Source: Halomicrobium mukohataei DSM 12286
GTDB lineage: Archaea; Halobacteriota; Halobacteria; Halobacteriales; Haloarculaceae
Direction: 5' to 3'
NCBI RefSeq assembly: GCF_000023965.1
Contig: NC_013202.1
Location: 2,490,001-2,522,000 of the forward strand
DNA: 32,000 nt
The position numbers and the translations under genes were made by a program. The notes beneath the pieces are model-generated. The model was given only the letters and a program-made list of their open reading frames with translations, did not search any database and had not been told where the DNA came from. Below, piece after piece: positions 25,961 through 32,000 of this stretch; position 1 is the first letter of the stretch; each line of letters begins with the position of its first letter.

Positions 25961-28191
25961 GTGTGGCGGTCGAGTTCCTCCGTGAGTGCATCGTCGCCGT
26001 ACAGCCGTACCAATCTTTCGACGGTCCGGCCCAGCGCGCGCATACACTCGGCCGTCGAGACGAACGCCAGTTCGTCGGCGACGCGGTCCCAGCCGTGGCC
26101 CTGTAGCGCTTTCCGGACGAGGAGCCGTTCCTGATCGTCGGTGAGCGCGTCCGGCTCGGCGGGCGCGACGAGGTGGGCGAGCGCGAGTCGGCGAACCGGC
26201 TCGGGCGCGGTATCGAAGACCCCCGAACCGCCGGGGATGCCCGCGACGAGCCTGCGTTCTGGCTCCGAGAGGTCGATCTCGGGCGTCCCCTCGACCGCGC
26301 GGAGCACGGTGCGGGCCACGTCGGGATCGAGGTCGTCGAGCGGGTCCGAGAGGACGCTGGTGATCCGGTCGCGAAACCACGACGCGTGCCGATCTGCCAG
26401 GGCCGCTCCCGCCGTCGAGCAGGGCCGGAGCATGATCGCCGAGTACTCCCCGCTCCGGTCGTTGCGGGTCGTCGAACAGTGGACGGTCCGGTACCCGCTG
26501 TCTGCCCAGAAATCGACGAGTTCGGGCGTCGCACCGTACCCGACGCCGAGCCAGTCGACCGCGTCCGCGAACTCGTCGTCGATCTCGTCGAGCAGTCGCG
26601 AGCCGAGTCCGCGAGAGCGCACCGCCGGGTGTGTCGCGATCCGGAGGACGCGCTGACCGACCGGCACGCCAGCGGCCTCGTCGCGCAACTGCGTCGTCAA
26701 CACGTCGGGAATCATGTTGCCACGGACCCGTCCTCCCTCGTACATCTCCGCCCGAAGCGTCGCCGGCAAGTCCCCCTCGCGAGCCAGCAGGGCGACCGAG
26801 ACGACGTGTCCGTCGTGGGTGAGCGCGCGGACGCCGACGTTGGGCGCGTCGAGCAGTCGCGCGAGGTCGTCGGGCTCCGTCCGGTAGTGAGCGAGGACGA
26901 GCAGCCCGAAGACCTCCCGCAGCAGGTGTTCGTCGTCGAGCAAGCGCCGGGAACCACACCGCTCGTAGGCGGCGCTGTCGGCGGTCGCGTCGGCGACTAC
27001 CTGATCGACGGCCGGCCGCGCGCCGAGCAACAGCGCACGAAAGGCCCACGACTCGACGGGATCGCCGGGCGCGTAGCGGATCGGCTCGGTCAGCTGGCGC
27101 TCGCACACCTCGAAGTCGCTGTCGGCCAGCCGCGACCGGAACCGGACCGAGAAGCCCCGTCCGGCCCCCTCGTAGCCGTGGACCGTCGTGGTGAACGCGA
27201 CCGAGGGAGCGTCGAGGAACCGTTCGAGGACCCGAACCGGGAGCGCGGCGGCCTCGTCGACGATCACGAGGTCGGCCTCGTCGGTCGCCGTCGCGGCCGC
27301 CGTCGGATCGGCGTAGCGAACCCGTCCATCGGCCGTCCGCAGTTCGTGGGGCGTGTCGGGATCGTCGCGCTCCCGGAGTGCGCCCATCGTCGAGAGCACC
27401 TCGCCGGCCCGGTCGAACACCTCGCGCGCGCTCCGGTACTGGGGCGCGGTCACGAGCACGTCGAGCCCGTCTCGCGCCAGCGCGCCCGCAGCCAGGCCGG
27501 CGGCACTGGACTTGCCCCGACCTCGGTCGGCTTCGACGACGAGCGCGTTGCCCGGACGGGACAGTGGCTCGAACCCGCCCACGGCCGCGACCTGATCGTC
27601 GGTCAGACAGGCGTCGTAGGCCGCCCGCGGGAAGCCGTGGTCGTCGGGCGGCGCGGGCCGGCCTCTCGGAACGCGCGGAGCGGGGTCGGTGAGCCCCGAC
27701 CGCTCGATCATCCCGCTGTCGGCGTCGACGACGGCGATACCGGGGTGTGCCCGGAGCGTCTCGACCAGTCGCGTCCGGAAGTGCCCCGCCACGTCTTCGA
27801 CCGTCGCGGGCGGCACGGCGAGGCGCTCGTCGAACGAGTCGCGTCTGTCGGGCCAGTCGTCGAGCGCGGGCGCGAGCACGAGCAAGAGCCCCCCACCGTC
27901 GACGGCACCGACGGCCGCTCCGAGCGCGTTGGGCCGACAGGCCTCGTGACAGTCCAGCACGACGGCGCTGCGGGTCCGGCCCAGCAGCTCGCCAGCGTGG
28001 ACCGTGTCGAGGTGCTCGCCGGGGAGACGATCGGCAGGGCCGACGACCGTGAGCGCCTCGCTGCTCACACCTGCCGCGTCGAGCGCGTCGTCCGCCGCGT
28101 CGCGGGTGGCCGGCGGCGTGCCGGTGAGAACGAGGACGCGGCGCTCGTCGACACGCTGTGCCTCCGCACGGAGCCGTGCCGCCAGTTCCAT
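25957..28191 (-). CDS. tmcA: tRNA(Met) cytidine acetyltransferase TmcA (Nat10/Kre33 homolog; helicase-like ATPase + GNAT)
   Basis: From the internal ATG (complement of 28189-28191) it reads MELAARLRAEAQRVDERRVLVLTG. The Walker A is VVEADRGRGKSSAAGLAAG, followed by VLVTAPQYRSAREVF and VDEAAALP. The GNAT acetyl-CoA motif is RIATHPAVRSRGLGSRLL. Length is 744 aa. Confidence 0.88.
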   Translation of the reverse strand: MELAARLRAEAQRVDERRVLVLTGTPPATRDAADDALDAAGVSSEALTVVGPADRLPGEHLDTVHAGELLGRTRSAVVLDCHEACRPNALGAAVGAVDGGGLLLVLAPALDDWPDRRDSFDERLAVPPATVEDVAGHFRTRLVETLRAHPGIAVVDADSGMIERSGLTDPAPRVPRGRPAPPDDHGFPRAAYDACLTDDQVAAVGGFEPLSRPGNALVVEADRGRGKSSAAGLAAGALARDGLDVLVTAPQYRSAREVFDRAGEVLSTMGALRERDDPDTPHELRTADGRVRYADPTAAATATDEADLVIVDEAAALPVRVLERFLDAPSVAFTTTVHGYEGAGRGFSVRFRSRLADSDFEVCERQLTEPIRYAPGDPVESWAFRALLLGARPAVDQVVADATADSAAYERCGSRRLLDDEHLLREVFGLLVLAHYRTEPDDLARLLDAPNVGVRALTHDGHVVSVALLAREGDLPATLRAEMYEGGRVRGNMIPDVLTTQLRDEAAGVPVGQRVLRIATHPAVRSRGLGSRLLDEIDDEFADAVDWLGVGYGATPELVDFWADSGYRTVHCSTTRNDRSGEYSAIMLRPCSTAGAALADRHASWFRDRITSVLSDPLDDLDPDVARTVLRAVEGTPEIDLSEPERRLVAGIPGGSGVFDTAPEPVRRLALAHLVAPAEPDALTDDQERLLVRKALQGHGWDRVADELAFVSTAECMRALGRTVERLVRLYGDDALTEELDRHT

Positions 28192-28415
28192 ACCGACACT
28201 GTTTCGGCCGCGAGTATGGGTCTGCCGGTCCTCTCGGACGGGCCAGACGACCGAAGCGATCCCCGGCCAGCGACCGTGTGGCGGCCTGCCACGGGATTTC
28301 GGCTTCGAAACCCCTTTTAGGGCTCGTGTCGCAGTCACGGGTACAGCCTGCACCGGGTTGATGATGCTCCCAGCCTTCTCAGGACTCTCAGGCGGGGGAG
28401 CGCGAGCCCGCGTGC

Positions 28416-28427
28416 AGGAGGTGATCC
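28416..28427 (+). promoter_or_regulatory. extended Shine-Dalgarno AGGAGGTGATCC in front of rpl7ae
   Basis: This 12-nt stretch is perfectly complementary to the canonical 16S rRNA 3' end (GGAUCACCUCCU). It ends 4 nt before the ATG at 28432. Confidence 0.6.
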
Positions 28428-28431
28428 ATCA

Positions 28432-28794
28432 ATGCCAGTATACGTAGATTTCGACGTCCCTGCAGACCTCGCAGACGACGCCCTCGAGGCGCTCGAGGTC
28501 GCGCGGGACACAGGAAGTGTCAAGAAAGGAACGAACGAGACGACCAAGGCAATCGAGCGCGGCAACGCCGCACTCGTCCTCGTCGCCGAGGACGTTCAGC
28601 CCGAGGAGATCGTCATGCACATCCCGGAACTCGCCGACGAGAAAGACGTGCCGTTCGTCTTCGTCGCCGAGCAGAGTGACCTCGGCCACGCCGCCGGCCT
28701 CCAGGTCGGCAGTGCCGCCGCGGCAGTCGTCGACGCCGGTGAGGCGGAAGACGACGTCGAGGACATTGCCAGCAAGGTCGAGGAACTTCGGTGA
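28432..28794 (+). CDS. rpl7ae: 50S ribosomal protein L7Ae (K-turn binding)
   Basis: [78 protein letters not shown]. Confidence 0.95.
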   Translation: MPVYVDFDVPADLADDALEALEVARDTGSVKKGTNETTKAIERGNAALVLVAEDVQPEEIVMHIPELADEKDVPFVFVAEQSDLGHAAGLQVGSAAAAVVDAGEAEDDVEDIASKVEELR

Positions 28795-28805
28795 GGTGAC
28801 CGAGG

Positions 28806-29033
28806 ATGAGTGCTGAGGAATCCGAAGACAGTGGCTCCACGCCGGCCGAAGTCATCGAGGTCGTGGGCCGTACGGGGATGCACGGCGAGGCCATGCAGGT
28901 CAAGTGCCGCATCCGCGAGGGCTCGAACCAGGGTCGGATCATCACCCGAAACGTCCTCGGTCCCGTCCGAGAGGGCGACGTGCTCCAGCTGCGCGAGACC
29001 GCACGTGAGGCCGACCAGATCGGAGGTCAGTAA
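28806..29033 (+). CDS. rps28e: 30S ribosomal protein S28e
   Basis: [57 protein letters not shown]. Confidence 0.95.
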   Translation: MSAEESEDSGSTPAEVIEVVGRTGMHGEAMQVKCRIREGSNQGRIITRNVLGPVREGDVLQLRETAREADQIGGQ

Positions 29034-29035
29034 CG

Positions 29036-29467
29036 ATGCCTCGAATCCGAGAATGTGACTACTGCGGCGCGGACATCGAGCCCGGCACCGGGACGATGTT
29101 CGTCCGCAAGAGCGGAACGACGATCCACTACTGCTCGTCGAAATGTGAGAACAACGCCGATCTCGGCCGCGAGGCGCGCAACCTCGAGTGGACCGAGGCC
29201 GGTCGCGAGACCACCGCTGCAGAGCAGAAAGCGGCCGCCGAAGCCGAGGCAGCCGCCGAAGCAGCGGACGAGCAGACGGCAGACGAGGCGGACGCCGACG
29301 AAGACGAGTCCGCCGAGACAGACGAGGCGGCCGACGAGGACGAGTCCGCCGAGACAGACGAGGCGGCCGACGAGGACGAGTCCGCCGAGACAGACGAGGC
29401 GGCCGACGAGGACGAAGCGGAGTCCACCGAGGCCGACGACGAAGAGACCGAGGAGGCCGAGGCATGA
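29036..29467 (+). CDS. rpl24e: 50S ribosomal protein L24e with about 85-aa acidic repeat-containing C-terminal extension
   Basis: [57 protein letters not shown] is the canonical zinc-ribbon L24e. The frame then stays open through an A/E/D/T-rich tail to the TGA at 29465-29467, which overlaps the ndk ATG. Confidence 0.9.
   Translation: MPRIRECDYCGADIEPGTGTMFVRKSGTTIHYCSSKCENNADLGREARNLEWTEAGRETTAAEQKAAAEAEAAAEAADEQTADEADADEDESAETDEAADEDESAETDEAADEDESAETDEAADEDEAESTEADDEETEEAEA
29303..29410 (+). repeat. perfect tandem repeat, 3 x 36 nt (GACGAGTCCGCCGAGACAGACGAGGCGGCCGACGAG), encoding [12 protein letters not shown] x3 inside rpl24e
   Basis: Copies start at 29303, 29339 and 29375 and are identical at every nucleotide as read directly from the sequence. 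Confidence 0.95.
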
Positions 29468-29931
29468 GCGAGGACCTCGAACGGACGTTCGTCATGGTCA
29501 AGCCCGACGGCGTGCAGCGTGGCCTGATCGGCGACATCGTGAGCCGCTTCGAGGACCGCGGGCTCAAGCTCGTCGGCGCGAAGTTCATGCAGATCGACCG
29601 AAAGCTCGCCGAGGAACACTACGGCGAGCACGAGGGCAAGCCGTTCTTCGAGGGCCTCGTCGAGTTCATCACGTCCGGTCCGGTCTTCGCGATGGTCTGG
29701 GAAGGACAGGACGCCGTCCGACAGGTCCGCTCGATGATGGGCGAGACCGATCCGGCCGAGTCCGCACCCGGAACGATCCGCGGTGACTTCGGACTCGACC
29801 TCGGACGGAACGTCATCCACGGCTCCGACCACGAGGACGAGGGCTCGAACGAGCGAGAGATCGAGCTCTTCTTCGACGAGGACGAACTCGTCGAGTGGGA
29901 GCGCATCGACGAAACCTGGCTCTACGAGTAA
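29464..29931 (+). CDS. ndk: nucleoside diphosphate kinase
   Basis: [42 protein letters not shown] ... [22 protein letters not shown]. This is the inner ATG of track ORF 29188..29931. Confidence 0.95.
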   Translation: MSEDLERTFVMVKPDGVQRGLIGDIVSRFEDRGLKLVGAKFMQIDRKLAEEHYGEHEGKPFFEGLVEFITSGPVFAMVWEGQDAVRQVRSMMGETDPAESAPGTIRGDFGLDLGRNVIHGSDHEDEGSNEREIELFFDEDELVEWERIDETWLYE

Positions 29932-29945
29932 GCCAGCCGCCGCGA

Positions 29946-29952
29946 TTTCTTT
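29946..29952 (+). terminator. T-rich tract (TTTCTTT) after ndk, candidate operon terminator
   Basis: It lies 15 nt after the ndk stop. Confidence 0.3.
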
Positions 29953-30011
29953 CGATACACCACCGACAGCAACGCCGAAAGCGGCTTCTGACTCCGGTCC
30001 GAGGTACGGAT

Positions 30012-30272
30012 ATGGGCATCACACTCTATCAGCTCGAGGGCTGTCCGTACTGCGAGGCGGTCGCCGAGCGACTGGACGAGCTCGATATCGAGTACGACTC
30101 GGTGTGGGTCGAGCCACGCCACTCCGAACGCGACGCCGTCAAGCGGGTCTCCGGACAGCGCGGTGTGCCCGTCCTCGTCGACGAGGACCGCGGCGTCACC
30201 ATGGCCGAGTCCGAACGGATCCTCGAGTTCGTCGAGCGGAGCTACGCCCGACCGGGCGTCGAGACGACGTAG
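30012..30272 (+). CDS. glutaredoxin-like small redox protein (CPYC)
   Basis: MGITLYQLEGCPYCEAVAERLDELDIEYDSVWVEPRHSERDAVKRVSGQRGVPVLVDED. This is the inner ATG of track ORF 29895..30272. Confidence 0.85.
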   Translation: MGITLYQLEGCPYCEAVAERLDELDIEYDSVWVEPRHSERDAVKRVSGQRGVPVLVDEDRGVTMAESERILEFVERSYARPGVETT

Positions 30273-30895
30273 GCGAGTGCCGTCCCGATCGCCACGAACA
30301 CCATCGGAAACAGGAACATCGCGACGAGTGTCCACAGGAGCGCGGGAGCCGAGACCGCCTGTGCGGTCTCACCCGTGATCCGCCGGACGAAGACGAACGA
30401 ACCGAGCGCCCCGACGGCGACGTAGGGAATGGCAAAGCCCGTGGCGACCATCGCGCTCTCTTCTGTGCCCCCGACTGTCACCGGCGGCGTCCGCTGGCGC
30501 TCGAAGAGGAACCCGGCAGCGAGGAGCACGACGACCGGAAGGGCGAAAAAGAGGACGGCCGGAAAGAACGGCTGGCCATAGAGGAGATTGTTCAGTCCCG
30601 ACCCGGCCTGGACTCCCTGCGAGACCGTCGTCGCGATCGGAACGTGGTGTGCGCTGTACACCACGTAGACGTACTGGACGGCCTTCTGCCAGAGCGACCA
30701 CTCCGCCCTGGTGACTGCGGATCCCGAGAGCGCGAGCGCGACGACGATCGCGGCGTACTGGACGGCGAGTGTCCCGACCGACGCGAGGGCCGCACGGAGC
30801 CACGGAAACTCCGTGAGCGAGGGCTTCAACAGTGGCTGGTCTGCTGCTGTCGAGGCCGCCGAGTCGTCGGTCGCGTCGGTCGTGCTGTCTGTCAC
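30242..30895 (-). CDS. integral membrane protein, function unknown (217 aa, about 5-6 TM)
   Basis: It has a GTG start. An acidic N-terminus (MTDSTTDATDDSAASTAADQ) is followed by hydrophobic segments (LASVGTLAVQYAAIVVALAL, FFPAVLFFALPVVVLLAAGFLF, LLWTLVAMFLFPMVFVAIGTALAYVV). Confidence 0.7.
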   Translation of the reverse strand: MTDSTTDATDDSAASTAADQPLLKPSLTEFPWLRAALASVGTLAVQYAAIVVALALSGSAVTRAEWSLWQKAVQYVYVVYSAHHVPIATTVSQGVQAGSGLNNLLYGQPFFPAVLFFALPVVVLLAAGFLFERQRTPPVTVGGTEESAMVATGFAIPYVAVGALGSFVFVRRITGETAQAVSAPALLWTLVAMFLFPMVFVAIGTALAYVVSTPGRA

Positions 30896-30946
30896 TGGTA
30901 CCTACACGTACGAATCGCGAACACCGCAAAAAGCGTTCCGGTGGTC

Positions 30947-31357
30947 CTACTCGTCTCCCTCGAACTCCAGGGCCGCGCCGTTGATGCAGTAGCGTTTGCC
31001 GGTCGGCTCGGGACCGTCGTCGAAGACGTGGCCGAGGTGGCCCTCGCAGTTCGCACAGACTACCTCTGTGCGGTCCATGCCGTGGCTGGTGTCCCGACGG
31101 GTCTCGATCGCGCCCTCGTCGTACACGTCCCAGAAGCTCGGCCAGCCCGTCTCGGAGTCGAACTTCTCCCCGCTGTCGAACAGCGCCGTCCCACAGCCCG
31201 CACACTGGAACTGCCCGTCGTCTTTCACGTCGATCAGGTCGCTACTGAACCGCGGCTCGGTGCCCTGCTCTCGCAGGACCCGGTACTCCTCCTCCGTGAG
31301 GATCTCGCGCCACTCCTCGTCGTTGTCCGCCGTTTCGTCGGTGGTTTTCTCACTCAT
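30947..31357 (-). CDS. msrB: peptide-methionine (R)-S-oxide reductase MsrB
   Basis: From the internal ATG it reads MSEKTTDET. It shows the zinc CxxC pairs FQCAGCGTALF and VVCANCEGHLGHVF, and the catalytic RYCINGAAL. Confidence 0.92.
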   Translation of the reverse strand: MSEKTTDETADNDEEWREILTEEEYRVLREQGTEPRFSSDLIDVKDDGQFQCAGCGTALFDSGEKFDSETGWPSFWDVYDEGAIETRRDTSHGMDRTEVVCANCEGHLGHVFDDGPEPTGKRYCINGAALEFEGDE

Positions 31358-31380
31358 AGCTCCCCATTGGGGACGGAGAC

Positions 31381-31388
31381 ACAAAAGC
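31381..31388 (-). promoter_or_regulatory. TATA-like box (GCTTTTGT on the minus strand) for leaderless msrB
   Basis: It is centred about 27 nt upstream of the ATG (complement of 31355-31357). Confidence 0.35.
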
Positions 31389-31413
31389 GTAGAGCGATCG
31401 GACAGAGACCGCA

Positions 31414-32000
31414 TCACTCGTCCGACGCCACCGCGCTGGCTCTCGGGCTATCACCGGCGTGGGGAGTCACACGGTCCCGGACCGTCGCCCCGTGGACGCT
31501 CTCGGTCGTGTCGTCGACGACGACGACCTCGCCGGGACTGGTGGGTAGTTGCTCTGCCAGCGAGCCGGTCAGGTACGTCGGCTGGGCTGCCGTGAGCGCC
31601 TCGATGTCGCGGCCCGACGTGAGCCGGTGGGCCACGAGCAGGTCGGTCTGAGAGCGGCCGACGGCCGGGACGGCGCTCGGGCGCTGTGTCGCACAGACGA
31701 GGCTGACGCCCGGCGTTCGCCCGCGCGTGAGGAGCCGTCGCAGGCCCGGTTCGGCGACGCCGTCGAAGAACGCGTGGGCCTCGTCGACGAGCAGCCAGGG
31801 GAGCCGTTCGATCCGCCCTTCGATCCGCCCCCGATAGAGGAGGTCACAGATCGCCCTGACGACGGCGTTGGCCGGAGCACGGTCCAGCGTCGACACGTCG
31901 ACGACCGTCACCGTCCCGTCGGCGAGAGCCGTCGCAGTCACTCCCGCCGGATCGAACACCCCCCAGCGCTGTGCCATCTCGAGGTGGTTGTGAACGGTTC
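31414..32000 (-). CDS. HerA/FtsK-like P-loop NTPase, C-terminal part (N-terminus beyond the right edge)
   Basis: The Walker B-like motif is LPWLLVDEAHAFF, followed by VSLVCATQRPSAVP (the TQRP sensor motif typical of HerA/VirB4/FtsK-type ATPases). The frame stays open upstream of the Met at 31977 to the window edge (..TVHNHLEMAQRW..). Confidence 0.7.
   Translation of the reverse strand, partial: TVHNHLEMAQRWGVFDPAGVTATALADGTVTVVDVSTLDRAPANAVVRAICDLLYRGRIEGRIERLPWLLVDEAHAFFDGVAEPGLRRLLTRGRTPGVSLVCATQRPSAVPAVGRSQTDLLVAHRLTSGRDIEALTAAQPTYLTGSLAEQLPTSPGEVVVVDDTTESVHGATVRDRVTPHAGDSPRASAVASDE

Noticed and set aside
28192-28353. 54-codon N-terminal extension of tmcA (track ORF 25957..28353). Similar extensions occur on mvk (10361..10540), msrB (31358..31417), grx (29895..30011) and the DUF5518-like gene (7353..7670).
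   Set aside because: The extensions are basic and Pro/Arg-rich and overlap promoter-like AT-rich boxes. The homologous protein cores begin at the downstream ATGs chosen here.
28358-28365. A box C-like UGAUGA upstream of rpl7ae, suggesting a box C/D sRNA or a canonical K-turn.
   Set aside because: No box D (CUGA) or C'/D' pair is present within the expected distance. The internal loop cannot be fitted to the 3-nt bulge plus tandem sheared G.A geometry. I kept it only as part of the structured-leader hypothesis.
28361-28447. 28-codon upstream ORF ([28 protein letters not shown]) overlapping the rpl7ae start in another frame.
   Set aside because: It has no Shine-Dalgarno or TATA box of its own and no coding-like composition. 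It is more simply explained as part of the structured leader.
29303-29410. Regularly spaced 36-nt direct repeats, considered as a mini CRISPR array.
   Set aside because: The copies are head-to-tail with no spacers. They lie in frame inside rpl24e and encode an acidic peptide repeat. No cas genes or leader sequence are present.
29188-29463. An upstream extension of the ndk frame gives an RGG/Arg-rich 92-aa N-terminus ([16 protein letters not shown]...) from a GTG. The same DNA thus reads poly-acidic in the L24e frame and poly-basic in the ndk frame.
   Set aside because: This is a frame-shifted mirror of GAC/GAG/GCG codons. Canonical Ndk begins at [16 protein letters not shown] (ATG at 29464), exactly overlapping the L24e stop. 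It is a curiosity of composition, not evidence for a dual-coding gene.

Overview
High-GC archaeal DNA with a strongly acidic predicted proteome, GC3-rich codons and archaeal r-protein and RNA polymerase subunit genes. This points to a haloarchaeal (class Halobacteria) chromosomal core region. I call about 44 genes, tightly packed and often with overlapping stop/start codons. From left to right: (1) a partial Mrp/ApbC ATPase and a small hypothetical gene. (2) The conserved archaeal cluster tRNA-Ser, S13-S4-S11-RpoD, tRNA-Leu, L18e-L13-S9-RpoN-RpoK-enolase-S2. (3) Two tandem DUF5518-like membrane paralogs, a cytochrome P450 and a GNAT. (4) Isoprenoid and lipid genes (mevalonate kinase, isopentenyl phosphate kinase, GGPP synthase) interleaved with a membrane-anchored hyper-acidic protein and RNase J. 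(5) GluRS, a zinc-ribbon microprotein missing from the ORF track, and an alpha/beta hydrolase. (6) A Sulfolobus-type Zn/7Fe ferredoxin followed by an EtfB, EtfA, FixC-FixX-fusion and unknown-gene operon. (7) A wHTH-GNAT and a second untracked Cys/His microprotein. (8) tmcA plus a DUF456-like gene, divergent from L7Ae-S28e-L24e-ndk. (9) A glutaredoxin-like protein, a membrane protein, MsrB and a partial HerA/FtsK-like ATPase. I see no CRISPR array, transposase, integrase, rRNA or recognisable defence island, so this is mostly an ordinary housekeeping region. The least-described biology I can support is: the ferredoxin/ETF/FixCX module, whose EtfA has a repeat-bearing extension and which has an uncharacterised fifth gene; two sub-60-aa Cys-rich microproteins; an L24e doubled in size by a perfect 3 x 36-nt tandem repeat; and a structured leader with a 12-nt Shine-Dalgarno in front of L7Ae. 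Many long ORFs in the supplied track are Arg/Pro/Gly-rich shadow frames of real genes and were rejected. The track also translates GTG/TTG starts as M, so several starts were moved to downstream ATG codons. All product calls rest on motif recognition by eye; no database search was possible.
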